From positions 36,706,001-36,770,000 of the forward strand of contig CM052816.1 of NCBI GenBank assembly GCA_028534125.1: 64,000 bases of DNA, given 5' to 3'. How positions within the stretch are numbered: position 1 is the stretch's first letter; the number at the start of each line of letters is the position of its first letter. Of the stretch, positions 13,100 to 26,244 are shown piece by piece. The stretch comes from Lama glama. Taxonomy: Eukaryota. Under the pieces are notes generated by a model that saw only the letters and a list, made by a program, of their open reading frames with translations, was not told where the DNA came from and did no database searches. A program made the position numbers and the translations under genes.

Positions 13100-14500
13100 T
13101 GCGATATTTTAGACAGATATATTTTCTATAGGCCTATTTTTGTAAATAGATGTGATTCCTCTAATTTAAGATATGGGGAATGTTTAATCTGTTTTAATCC
13201 TGGATAAATATTAAAATAAAAAAGAAACCTAGATTCTCTTGGCTTTTCTTTTCCTCCCTCAGTATTCTGAGGATATTATCCCCTATTTTCTGGAATTTAT
13301 TGCTGCTGAGGGAAAGTCTAGGATCATTCTCATTGCTTTTCCCTTTGTAGAAAATTTTATGATTTTTTTTTCCTACAGTTTTGCTTTTTGTCTCTTATGT
13401 TCTTTCATTTCATCCTAGTTGAAGGTCCTCTTGTCTAAAGATTCATGTCTTTCTTCAACTCTGCAACTGTTTCAGCCATTATCACACTATATATTGTTTT
13501 CTCCACATTTCTCTTATGACACTCATTAAATGTACAATGGCCCATGTCATTTTATATTCCATTTTTTTAACATTTTTCATGTTTTCTATCATTTTAATTC
13601 TATGGTTACATTTGATTTCCCTTAAATCTACCTTCCAGATTTCAACTTTCCAATGGCCTAATCTGTTATTTAATCTGACATATGAGTCATTAATTTGAAT
13701 GGTTATATTGAATTTTAGTTCTATTTGATTTTTCCCCATATATCTTCATTTAGTCTATGCTTATTTCCTGAATCCCTAACTCATCTCATGTATTATTTTA
13801 AATACTTATTTCTTGTTTTTTCCAATTATCTGAGGTTCTTTGGATTTGTAGGATGTATGAACTCTCATGTAGAACCCCCCCTGTTGCTCGTTTTATACTT
13901 TTTTTTTTTTGCATTACCATCTTCAGTAGGGATATTTTTGTCTGTGGGAATTTCATGTGCTTTGGTTATGAAAGTGATCTTGCTGCAGAAATTTTCTGAT
14001 ATTTCTCTGTGGACCTTATGGGTGTCTATGAGACTGTTCAACTTTCATGTGTTTATTTCCTGGTTTTGTGTTTTCTCACTTTTCACATATTTTGACTTCA
14101 TAAATCACAACCTCATGGGGCCCAGACATGGGATTTAAAATTTTCAAAGGTGGCATTTTTTTTCCGCCTCTCCTTTCCTGTAGATTTATCAGTCATCATT
14201 TTGTTTTGAGCTTTGTGCTTGGTAGACAATTCCAAGCTTCTTAGCACTCACCCAGTGGCTGTGTCTTCTATTCTAGTGTGTTTGTCAGAACCCCATCCTC
14301 AGCAATTAGGACACACATCTGAGACTAGAATGGACTGCCCTGATACCAATTTGTACTTAGTTCTAGGCTTTTAATTTCTCATAACTTGCTTCTTGTCAAA
14401 TCCAGCTACATACATTTTTTTAATTGTGTTAGGGTTCTGGTATGATGTGGGGAGGGGGGACTCCATAGCAGTTTAGTTTTTTTATATTGCTAGAAGCCTC
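13100..14500 (-). mobile_element. Old L1/HAL1 5' region including an ORF1 relic
   Basis: ORF 13482..13739 (RLNNRLG...KMIENMKNVKKMEYKM...VHLMSV) resembles the ORF1p coiled-coil/RRM junction; flanking 'tctaaagattcatgtctttcttcaactctg' is L1 ORF1-like. Confidence 0.7.
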
Positions 14501-16134
14501 CAAAAGTGATTTTTGTATATAAATTTCCAAATCTCTCATTTACTTAAACAAAGCTCTTCAACATTTAGTGATTCTATTTGAGTATTGTAAATAATAGCCT
14601 TCTAGAGTAAAGCACTTTGAGAGTAGAAACCAAGGCTCATTTAAAGTTTTACCCTAATTATATTTTAAACATATATATGGCTAAACAGTATTTGTTGAAT
14701 TAAAATTTATATGAAATACATGTAGATTTATGTTCTAAAATAGAGTGTCCTGGAGAAGGAATGTAGATAAAGAAATTTCCTAATATTTTATAGAAAGTTC
14801 TCCTTGTCTATCATAAGCTCCTACTTAATTAAAAGGACCTGAGATACTTTAAAATAAAAACATACCATAAGTGATTATTTGCAAATGTTGAATGTGCTTT
14901 TCTTCACTCTAGGTAATTGAGTAAAATCTTTAAGATATTTAAGTTGGCAATGCTTCAAGTAAAACAGTGACTTTCAGTTAACTGGTAAAATAATTTTGGC
15001 TACTAGAGAAATATGTTTACATTTATTATAAAGACAAATTCTAACCTACCCATTTTAAAGCAACAAGTTTTTTCTTTTCTAAGAAAATATTTCATTTCTT
15101 CAAAGTGACAAAAACTGAGTATATATTTTTAGGAGAGATGTAGGGAAATTTTGTTAATTGAAGTGTTTTTCATTATATTTCTTACATATCCTATCAGGTA
15201 GACTCTCCTTGTCTGAATTAAAATCAAATAATAATTCATCAGATACCAGCAGATTTCCTTGGGGTAGGTAGCGATATTAAAATAAAAGAATGTTACCATT
15301 TTAAAAGAGTTTGACCTTTTATTAAATCTGTAGAGGCAAAAGGGAGTTAAACATTCTCTGGCATATTTCACAGGCTCCAATTAAGAAACACTGTGATTGT
15401 TATTACAGAACAAACTGAGTCAGTTAGGCTTCTAAAACTTAGGATGCACCACTCTTAGCTACCCTCTCAGCCTACTGTTTAAGTCCTGAGCTGTGGCTCT
15501 CTATAACACTCTTAGCATTTGATTTAGCTTACAAAGAGAAATGAATTATAGCTGTCTCCTAGAGAGTGAAATTGCATTGTAACATGCTGAAGTAGTCTAT
15601 GACTAGAAGGAAAATGAAAAAAAGAAAAAAAAAAGTCTCAGACTTCTTAATATCTTCCACCATCTTCATAAATGTACTGATGAAAAGGAATTAAGGAGAC
15701 AAAACAAACAACACCTAATTCTAAAAATATAGCTCTATTATCTGTGCTGGAAATCAAATCTCTTAAGGAAAAATTACTTCCATCTCTTTTATACAATTTG
15801 TACTACATACTACTCCATACCATAAGCACATACATTTTAAAAAGGAAAATTATAAGGAAGAAACCATAATTTATATATTTGAGTGAGCAGTATTAATTTT
15901 TAGTACTAGTTAAGGTGTGATTTTAAAGTAATTTGGTTGTTTTCATAGGCTTCACATGAAATCCATTCTAACTTCTCTATCCTTCTCAAACTGGTATAAC
16001 CTGGTAGGTTATGATCAACAATTTATATCATGTTTTAATATTTAATTTAGTGGAGAAAATAGTGCTAATTTTTATTACCACTAGTAGCTAGTTAGAAACA
16101 GCTGTCTTCAATCAAAGACCAGCTAGTCATTAAG

Positions 16135-16313
16135 CAGTGGTGCTCAGAATTTCGCACTACCTGGTGGGCTTGTTAAACTAGACATTACTGGGCCCCAGTC
16201 CCTGAGTTTCTGAATCAGTAGATGTGGATTGGAGCAAGAGAATTTTCATTCTTAACAAGCTCCCTGGTGATATTCTTGCTGCTGGTCCTGGGATGACAAT
16301 TTGAGAACCACTG
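16135..16313. mobile_element. MER5A hAT-Charlie MITE
   Basis: TIRs cagtggtgctca...tgagaaccactg; internal 'cttgttaaa...tgggcccca...gagtttctgaatcagtag'. Confidence 0.9.
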
Positions 16314-16324
16314 TTGAAAAGAAT

Positions 16325-16430
16325 AATTGTTCTCAAACTTACATCTGAAAAAGATAACCCTGGGAAGTTGTGAAATATATAGATCTCTGTGTCTGCTGTC
16401 TAGACATTCAGATTCAATAGGGTCCTCAAT
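16325..16430. mobile_element. MER5-family fragment
   Basis: 'ttgttctcaaactt...cctgggaagttgtgaaatata...attcagattcaatagggtc'. Confidence 0.55.
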
Positions 16431-17973
16431 AGTTTAAACTGTAGTTTAACTTCCTCAAAGTACCAGAGGGCCAACTAGTAAGTATATACATTGTCACGTA
16501 TTCATTTTGTTTCAACTATGTACCAAGGCCCTTTCCAGACTCCAGTGGTATCATGGTGAATAGGACAGACATGATCCCTTATATGCTATCAAGTTAGGGC
16601 AGGGTGGTCAAGGAGACCATCATATATTGCTTATAATAGCAAAATGTAAACCCTACCCTGTCCCTAAAGTGTCTGTCTATACACGAGAATACTGTGTAGA
16701 ACTAAAATAGTTTGTAGCAGTTAAATTATGTATCGAAACACTGATGTGAAAAGATAAGGGCATATTGTTGCATGTGAAAAAGCAAGCTCCAGATTAGCAC
16801 AAAAAGAATAATACAATATGTGTAAAATCAAAGTTAAAATGAAACTTTGTATTTCTATGAATACATTTATATCCATATCAAGACTGCGAGAAACATAACA
16901 AAATGGTAACAAGGGTGGGACCAGTATTGAGAAATTATGAGAAATTTATGAAATTGGAAAGTGTTACAAAGTAGTGGGTGAGACAATAGAAAATTGGGCA
17001 AAACGTTCTCCCTCATAAAAGAAAAAATAAAAGTGACAAAATAAAATGACTAACTCAACCACATTAGTCGTCAAGGAAATGCATTTTAAAATATCCACAT
17101 GGTACTTATTTAGACATGATATAAGTGCAAGGGGGAAGAAAATACAAGGTTTGCCTGCTTAGTCCATAAATGATCATATAGGAAATGTCAGACTGGGATT
17201 TGCAACCAGAGCTTAAACAGTCCTCTGTGAACAGTACACAGAAACGGACTGACAGCTTAAACAAGCCCATAGCCTTCAGAATTTGCATCTTGCTTCCTAT
17301 TTCAGGGGATGCTCCTGTGGAATTAGTCTTAAAATGAGTACCTTACATTTCCCAGTACCTACTTCCTCCTTTCAGTCATGACTTGCTCTCTGTACTCCCA
17401 CCATCTAGCTTTTCTACCACAACAGCTTGATGAGAAACTTTTCTCAGCTTCTAACATGTAACTCTCACCAGTGATTTCAACCCTGTTCCTCCCCTCAAGT
17501 GTGCCATCTCTGATTGGTAAAGAATTCTCTGGCTCATAGGAGACAATAAATGTAACTCCTCTCTTGTCATTCTCCTTATATTGGAATCTATAATTAAGAC
17601 ACAGACACAGGTATATAGAGATGGAAATATTAATAAATCAGATAAAGCTAATTAGAAAATTTTAGATCTGTGGCCAAAGCTTGCTAATATTTCACCCTTA
17701 AGTTAGATTTCTGCCACCCAGATACTGGTGCAGCTGGAAAATTGAACTTAAAGCAACAGAGCTTGACATACCGAATTTCTTGCATGGCCAGAGAAAAGAC
17801 CTTAAAGCAACTTCCTGTGAATGGACCAGCCACCAGAAAGATAAGACTTAATTAGCTGAGTTTAGCAGTCTCAAATCCTGTTGTTCAAATTTTCCAATCT
17901 GATAAGACATTCCTTTCTTACTGAAGAGAGAATTAGGAAAGAAAAGCGAGGAGGAATATCTTGTAGCACAATT

Positions 17974-18151
17974 TAGTGGTTCTCAAACTTCAAGGGACAT
18001 CAAATCACATGGAGAGCTTGTTAAAACACAGGCTGCTAGGTCCTAACACCAGAGTTTTTAATTCATTTGGTCTGAAGTTGAGCCTAAGAATGTCTGTAAA
18101 GTTCGTCGATGCTGCTGCTGCTAGTTGGTGATCAAATTTGACGAACCACAG
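17974..18151. mobile_element. MER5A hAT-Charlie MITE
   Basis: 'tagtggttctcaaactt...atcacatggagagcttgttaaaacacagg...gaaccacag'. Confidence 0.85.
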
Positions 18152-18154
18152 CGA

Positions 18155-18310
18155 TTCTACATTAGAATTATCTGAGAGATCTTTTAGACAATACTGATGC
18201 TTCAGCTCCACCCAAACCAATTAAATCACCACTTCTGAGGGTGGAGCCCCAGCCACTGGCATTTGATAGATTCTTTCCAGGTGATTTTAATATTCATGTA
18301 GTGTTAATCA
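18155..18310. mobile_element. MER5A1/MER5B-like fragment
   Basis: 'cattagaattatctg...aatactgatgc...ccaattaaatca...ccaggtgattttaat'. Confidence 0.65.
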
Positions 18311-20229
18311 TTACAACTGTAAGTAATTGTATTACATGGATGCCAGAGGCCAGAGACATTTTAAGTTTTTTTTAAATGTATCTCTTAATTTTCTCTTAAA
18401 TTTTAAACTCATATAACTTAGCCAATGGAGGTTTATAATTCTGAAGACTCAGAAAGGAAAACACAAGTTTGTAGCCATAGATTTTGGTATATAAGGTTGG
18501 ATATACTTTGGAGGCATTGCAAAATGTCAATGATATTTTTCCTTACTTGAATAAGAACCATTTATTATTTTTAAATGGAAGATAAATTTACCTTTATATT
18601 GATGTTTTGATTGTTCACTTTTTCTCTGAATATTAAAAATTTACCAGAAATCATAGAAAAGCATGGCTTTGAGTTACCCTTTTAAAGGAGGTTTATATAA
18701 AACATATGTAAACAAATTTAACTTGAAATGATTATTTTCATTTTGAAAAAGTATTTTTTCTGTTTTATTATGAAACACACACAGACACACAGGATATTAA
18801 GAGTAATAATAAAGAAGCAAACTCTTGAACACTAATCAGCTTAATAATTAAGGCTTGCTTTTGAAGCTTCAAGAGTAACCTAAACTGAATCACATGGGAG
18901 GTAACTAATAACATGAATTTTGTACTTATCATTCCGTTGATGTTTTCATAGTATTATTACAGTACTAAATAGTTTTCCAAAATGGATGTGAAAACTTACA
19001 TCCCTATAGCTGTATATGATTGTCCTCTTTGCTTGAGATCCTAGCCAATCTTTGGTATTCTACAAGGAATTGTCAACACTTAAAGAGCCTAATTTTTATA
19101 ATGTGTACTGTAACTTAATAGGGGAATTTAATTTCACTCAGAAATAAATTTATATAATAAATAAAAGAACAAGCCAGTAAATATAAATAAAATTAATAAT
19201 ATCAGGAGGATGGTTTACCTTAAGGGCCTTCAGAATGTGTCAGGTCTACTTGGTCTAGGTGAATATCCTCCTCTGTGATCCCTTCCACTCCAAGACTACA
19301 ATACAGATAGAAGTGTATCGCTTGTTTGGCAAACAAGTTGCAAAATCCTGTCTACACTTAATTTAAAAGTTGTATCAGTCTGAAACACTACTAGATGTTA
19401 AGAAACTAAAGTCTATTAAACACTAGTTCTTGTGGCAATTGGTCACTAATACCGCCCTCATTATCTTGTAAACACACACTGAATTATGTAGTTATTGTCC
19501 TATTTATTTTGGTGATATTAGGATGCTATATACCAGTTGAAGTAAAATCCAAATTGTGTAGTATGGCTTACACTACACCTTTATAACCTTATTCTCTGTA
19601 TTTTAGCCTTGCTCCTTTTTCAATTTCTCAAACATACCGTGTGTTTGGGTTTTTTTTGTTTGTTTTTTTACCTCTTCTTAAATAGCAGATGCTTTTCTTA
19701 CTTGGTAAAGACACCTACCCTCTGAATTACAAATGAGTGAGTAAGTGGATAATGGTGAAATTTCACTGGTATTACCTGTTACATTTATCATGCTTTGGAC
19801 TTTACCCCCAGGGACCTTTGTGTTCCAGGTTCCTATTATCAATGTCAGAGCAGGACCCATGAGACCTTTTTGGCGTATCTCACATCTAAATACTCCAAAG
19901 CAGTCTCTTTCAGACTTAGTGCACTTTATTTCTCTTGGCTTCCTTCTGTTTATTAAAGAATCAATGCTTTCCTTTACACAGCTTTTTCCATAGTCTGGGT
20001 TTCATGTTGGAGTCATATGCACGTAATGTTTTTTACACCTCTTTGCCCTTTAATCTTTGAAATCTTATAGCTTATGCAGTTTACCAAATTTTATACCAAT
20101 GCATTCATCTTTTACCTTGTTAAACTTGAAAATAATAGTAGCTTACATTTAATTTAATTTAAGAATTTGCCTATTTCTGCTATTTTTCTTGTTTGTGTAA
20201 GATTAAATAATGAAATCCTCTTATAGTAC

Positions 20230-20450
20230 TAGTTACCTCTTATTAGCACTGGGATTGGTGTTCCACAGATGTCACCCATTCATTCTTTGCAGGAACACTG
20301 TAAGCCAGAAATAATTATTTCCAATTAACACAGGAGAAAATTGGCTTCAGAGAGGTTAAGGAATTTATTTAAAGTTGCACTGCTAATAAATAACCCTTGC
20401 AGGTCTGCTAATTCTAAACCAAGCTCCTAGACACTAAATTCTGTATTGCA
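20230..20450 (-). mobile_element. MIR SINE
   Basis: 'acaggagaaaattggcttcagagaggttaaggaattt' matches the antisense MIR core. Confidence 0.7.
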
Positions 20451-20753
20451 ATCTTTTTAGAACACACCTGCATCCACAAAACTTTATTGACACATTTTAC
20501 TTCTAGTTTTTCATCTCTCTGATATTTTCTAAAGTTTCTCTCTCTCTTATTATCATATGTCCAACATAGAAACCAAACCTATATTCCCTTTTCACATTAC
20601 ATACTAATATAAGAGAGAGATACAGAGACAGATAGACAGAAGGACAGACACAGGAGAAGAACTCTCAGTTTGTCTGATCTATTTGGCTTATGATGCTGTA
20701 ATTTTCATATTTGTTAATCACTCAGACTTTGATTCAAATAGTTTTTTCAAATA

Positions 20754-20788
20754 AAGTGAGTAGCTATAAGTGAGTAGCTATAAGTGAG
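20754..20788. repeat. Perfect 14-bp tandem duplication (aagtgagtagctat x2.5)
   Basis: Read directly from the sequence. Confidence 0.9.
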
Positions 20789-21869
20789 AACTCAGTAGGA
20801 GGTCTTCGTGGTATCCTAGGGATAACCTACAGTGTACCTGCCCTTCACTATTGGCACAATGGGTTATCCGTTAGATTAAGTACAGATTTTGACATTTCAT
20901 ATAAAGAAGTGATTGCCAGCAATCTTTCCACTTCAGTGCTAATGTTTGGGTCCTGCATCATACAGTTATGATGGAGACGTATCCAAGCTAGTCAGGCAGG
21001 GAGAGTCTCAGTCTCTCTTTCTCAGTCTCTCTCTGTCTCTCTCCCCCCGCCCCGTCCCGTACACCCTCCCTCTCTTTCACCTAGTTTTTATTTTCTATCC
21101 TTGCAACTGCACACATTGCTGATAGAAGGGGTTATATATACCTGATTAGCTAATTTAAAAGCATATCAGTTATTAGGAATTGTTTTTTCCCCTAACTTTG
21201 AAATTTGAGGGCACTTTGTCTCTGTTTAGAGGACATTGAGTAATGTAATAAATTGTGTCTTCACATGTAGTTTTATACCAAACATACCCACAAAAAATAC
21301 ATTAAACCCTAGTAAAATATGGTTGTCTACTAAGCATTATCCTTTTATCAGGCTTAGTCCTATCTAGGAGAGTGAATCTGAAAGAGAAAAGGAGATAGAG
21401 CCCCTTGCTTAGACTTTTCTGCAACCAGAGGAATGTTCAAACGAAATTGTATGTTCTTATTACACTTGAAATTGGTTGGCCTTTGTTGTTCACATAAAAT
21501 CTAGTGCTTTTGAAAGCACTCAGCAGGCTTCAGGATGACTACCATGGTCTGACAGTTAACCAAGTTTTGCCACACCATGGGGCCACTTATAATTAGGAAA
21601 TATAGAGTGTAATTTTGAAAACTATACCAGTAAACCCTTACCAGTAATGGTAAGTACCGAGCACCTTCATTGACTTTTATTGCCTTGTGATACAAATCTA
21701 GTCAGAAATTTAAAAGCCTTTGGGTGGTTTTGTTTCCTCACTAGATTCTTCATTTTAGGCTTAGGCTTAATACAGTTTGGGCTTTCAATGTTGTCTTCAG
21801 AACTGGTTTCTTCTTGGTTACTTAATAGATAATGTGCAATTCAAAAAAGGGAAACTATTATCTGGGCAG

Positions 21870-22245
21870 ACATCATAGGTTGGCTCATTTAGCACTCATT
21901 TCCTATTCTTCTGCCTGATTTTACTCCAGTAGAAACATAAAAGTCCTCATTTACTCTGACTCTCTTGAAGCTAGAATGGCCAATGAGATGTAATAAATCT
22001 TAATAACTCAGCCTGTTCCACCTTCATCCTGTATCTGCCCTGAATGCTGGCAAGGTGGCTGGACCTATAGAGCTAATGTGCTTACTGATAACTGCCAGAG
22101 AAGGACCTAGGAGATTAGAGATGTCTTGGCTCTGATTCCACTGAAAACCTGACCAACTTCTTAACTGCCTATCTCCAGAGTATATATTATGTAACAAAAA
22201 TTTAAGCATACTTTCTTATGCTACTGTAGGTGGTTTTCTGCAATT
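21870..22245. mobile_element. Old MLT1-type MaLR LTR
   Basis: 'tctcttgaagctagaatggccaatgagatgtaa', 'tgccctgaatgc', 'aactgcctatctccaga...tgtaacaaaaatttaagc'. Confidence 0.6.
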
Positions 22246-22247
22246 TA

Positions 22248-22293
22248 AATTACTTTAAAATAAAATATAATTACTTTAAAATAAAATATAATT
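22248..22293. repeat. Perfect 21-bp tandem duplication (aattactttaaaataaaatat x2)
   Basis: Read directly from the sequence. Confidence 0.9.
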
Positions 22294-22534
22294 TAACAAC
22301 TAACATATCCAACATAGTATGAATTGTGGATGAGTAATACTACTCACCTCGCTCATTTAATAATGAAAAACGAGGTCTCTAACCATGAAAGAAAATTGAC
22401 GTTAACAGTGATACAATTTTCTATAGCCTTATTTTGAGGCAAGAAAGTTTGGACTCCCTTTCAAAAAACTCAAAAATTATTAAAAATTATGATTTCCTTA
22501 AGAAGTATCCATTCACAAGTATTAATATACTGAA

Positions 22535-23102
22535 CATCTGTTGGTTGGCATAATATCATTTATCCCTCCTCTTCCTTTCCTAAGAATACCAGGAATTTCC
22601 CACTTACAATGTTTGCAAAGGATGGATTATACCACCTCTGTTTCTAGGAGTGCACTAGGATTAGCTAAATCCAATTAACGTGACCCATTTTCCTGGACAA
22701 GATAATTTTTCCAGTAAGTCATATGAAAAAGTCAGGGCAAGTAGTGTTGATACATCACAATTACATGGCTTTTATTTGTCTATTAGGGAAGCAGACAAAA
22801 TAAGAGATATTACCTGCTGTATATGAAATTGGGAGCTTTTAGTAGAGGATGGTAGCAGCTAAATTGGGAATGCAAAGACAGAGAGGCCATCATGGAATGG
22901 AGGCATGGTTATTAAATTAAAAAAAAAAAAAGAGCTGAGAGTGAATGAACTTTGTCCTGGTTGTATTGCCGGACACCAGGCCTATCTTGAAACTAGAACA
23001 TCTCATACTTTGCATATTGAAGTGACTTCGAAATTCCCTTTATTTTAAAAATTGTAATGAGTTGGATTTTCTGTTACTTGAAACAGAAAGACTCCTAATA
23101 TA
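22535..23102. mobile_element. Old MLT1-type MaLR LTR
   Basis: 3'-end-like 'gagttggattttctgttacttgaaacagaaagactcctaata'; start-like 'tccctcctcttcctttcctaagaatacc'. Confidence 0.6.
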
Positions 23103-23944
23103 TACATTATCTTTTTGCTTTGTAAATGAAAGTATCAAAATAAAGGGGATTGTAATAGTTTGTAATATTTGGTCACTATTATAGAATTGTGTTCTCCCTC
23201 CCCTTCTCACCCTGCCCCCTTCTCTTATTTTGCTACATGTGACTAAATATAATTTCATTCTGTTTTCCTGGGTAATTTTATAGTGTTGTCCAGAGGAATA
23301 AGCAATAAACTGAGAACTACATTATTACTCTATAAATTCACTCTCCTTTACACTTTTTTTTTTTTTATCTTTTGGGTTAAGAAATATAGGGAGAGAATAC
23401 TTGGTCCAGTTTTACACTTGAACTTTGAGTCAAGCATAGATTGAAATTACTTCAACCCTTGATCCATTCAGTAAAGTCATCTAATAAATTCAGTTTATTT
23501 TAAAACTTTACTTAAGAGTTGAAGAAGATGGTTTCCAAGTCTGTGACATTAAGGCCTTGCCTTCCTTGCTTCTTTGAACAGGCTCCTCATAGGATGAATC
23601 CTATATAGACGCTAAGCCAAATACAAAGTATTTGAGAACACCTCTCTACTTTGAAAGTAAAATGCAAAATTAGTCTTCCTGTCATAAGTCGAATACACAC
23701 TGTGACTAGGAGTAGTCCAGGGAATCTGTGTGAGCACCTTCACGTAAACTCACTGGACTTTGCAGACTAGTGGTGGCTGTACATGGCCAAGTTTTTGATC
23801 AGCACGAGTCTGGAGCATATGTTCCCAAAACCAGTTTACTTATCTGATCCCTGAGAACCTGTATTACACTATATGATCAACCTCTCAGAGGCCAGACTTT
23901 TGATTCTCATAATTTAGTGTGCATAAGTACCACCCAAGAGAGGC

Positions 23945-24836
23945 TGAAAATTTCATTTTATTTTGCAACTGAAAGATTGTACCTCTTAATCTGCCTCATG
24001 TTCTTATTTCTCTCTACCTCCTCCCCTTTGGCAACCACCTGTTTGTCCTCTGTGTCTATAACATTGTTTCTGTTTTGTAATATTTGTCTATTTATTTGCT
24101 TTATTTTTTAGATTCTATGTGTAAGTGAAATCATACAGTATTTGCCTTTTTCCTTCTGGTTTATTTCACTTACATGATACCCTCTAGGTCCATGCATGTT
24201 TTCACAAATGACAAGGTTTCATTCTTTTTAATGCCTAACTAATATTCTGTTGTGTATAAACACTGCATCTTCTTTATCCATTTATCTATCAATGGGCACT
24301 TAGGTTGCTTCCATATTTTGTCTATCGTAAATAATGCTGCACTGAATATGTGTATATCTGTCATAATAAAAGTTTTTCCCCCTTTGGATAAATACCAGGA
24401 GTGGAATTGCTGGATTATATGGTAGTTCTACTTTTAATTTTTTGAAGAATCTCCATTTTGTCTTTCAGAGTGGCTGTATTGATTTACATCCCCAAACAAT
24501 GCACAAGTGTTCCCTTCTGTCCAGACTCTCACCAACTTTTATTTGCTCTTTTTTTGATAATAGCCATTCTGACAGGTATGAGGTGCTATCTCATTGTAGT
24601 TTTGATTTGCATTTCCCAGAAGATTAGTGATGTTGGACATCTCTTTATGCCTGTTGACCACCAGAATGTTTTCTTTTAAAAAATGTCTCTTCAGATTCTT
24701 TGTCTATTTTTTTTTTTGATGTTGAGTTGAATGAGTTCTTAGTTCATTTTGGTTATTAACCCCTTACTGGATACATCACTTACAAATATCTTGCCCCACT
24801 CAATAGGCTGCTTCTTCATTTTGTTGATAGTTTCCT
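23945..24836 (-). mobile_element. L1 3' region (ORF2 C-terminus plus 3' UTR, L1MA9-like)
   Basis: 'gtaagtgaaatcatacagtatttg', 'taggttgcttccatattttg', 'tagccattctgacaggtatgaggtgctatctcattgtagttttgatttgcatttc'. Confidence 0.9.
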
Positions 24837-24837
24837 A

Positions 24838-25195
24838 ACGTAGTGTTGTAGGTCAATTATACTTCAAAAACAAACTTATAGAAAAATAGATCAAATTTGT
24901 GGTTACCACAGGCATGCCTGGGAAGCAGATAAGGCAGTCAAAAGGAAAAAAACTTCAAAGTATAAGATAAATGAATATTAGGGATGTAATGTACAGCATG
25001 ATAAGTGTAATTAACACTCCTGGATATTCTATATGAAAGTTGTTACAAGTACTCCTGAGTTCTCATCACAAAAAACTATTTTTTTCTATTTCTTTAATGT
25101 TGTATCTATATAAGATGATGAATGCTCACTAAGCTTATTGTGACAATCATTTCATGATTTATGCAAGTCAAATCACTATGTTGTACACCTTAAAA
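24838..25195 (+). mobile_element. L1 3' UTR fragment
   Basis: 'aacaaacttatagaaaaatagatcaaatttgtggttacca', 'gggatgtaatgtacagcatgat', 'gttgtacaccttaaa'. Confidence 0.85.
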
Positions 25196-26244
25196 ATAAA
25201 CAGAAAGTAAACATCTTTCAGATTTATACACACACACAAATATACATAGAAATAACAACTAGAAGGAAACATGTGCAAAGTAATAGTGTCATGAAAGAGA
25301 TGTGAACTCAGGATAATAAAGGCAGAAAACTTGTACTTGAATAAAACTGTGTTAATTCTTGAAGTTTCAAATTATTTGGTTATAATTGGTTAGGATGGTT
25401 TTATTTGCAATTGTTGTAGTAATTAGAGATGCTTTGTTATAAATAGGAAATTTGATGTCAGTTTATAAATATTATATTGTAGTTCAATATTGATTAATTA
25501 TTCTTTGGGAAAATGCTAGTATTTAATGGGATTATTTAAACATTATATTTTAGTTATAAATATACAGTACAAAAATTGTTATAGCCTTTCAATAGGAGAA
25601 ATATACAATAGAAGGATGGACTAATCTAAGAAAAGACACGCAACGTCAGCTAAATCATAGTTGGTTTGCCCCTTCAAGGAAAAAGTTTCATGAATCAGAG
25701 CACACTGTGACACATTATTTTAAAATTGTGGAAATAAAGGAGATATATCCATTAACAAACACACTTTATGTGTTTTTGACATTAGATTTACAAATTTCTA
25801 AACAATTATGCAAATTTCTGTGAAATCTTAGCTGAATACCAACTTATAAAGTAGAATTAAGAAGAGGAAGAACTAAATGACTGCCACAATTACTAGCTAG
25901 AGAATATACAAAGTTTTCTTTACTTAGATTGTAAGTTCAGGATAAATATGATTTTAATCTTTCATTGGTCACATATATTAAACTAAAATATTGTGAAATG
26001 AGTCATAGGGCAAGTAGTTCTCCTTTTCTTCAATAGCTTGCACAGCAAGCAGATTTAATATTCTTTATGTATTAGTAGTTTTTAAATGATATGATTTTTG
26101 TAAAGATAATTTCCCTCGATTCTAATGTAGATATTATTAAGTTCTGTTCATTGTACATGAGAATTTTAACAACCATAGTGTGACTTTCTCTTCATTGAGG
26201 GTTCAAAATCTATATTCTTGAACACCTTTGGAATGGGGGAAAAA

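Noticed and set aside
20754..22293. Short direct repeats as a CRISPR-like array
   Set aside because: They are isolated tandem duplications without spacers, in mammalian DNA.
24838..24872. Apparent circular permutation of the L1 3' terminus
   Set aside because: As I recall, this motif occurs internally in some laurasiatherian L1 3' UTR consensuses, so no rearrangement is needed to explain it.
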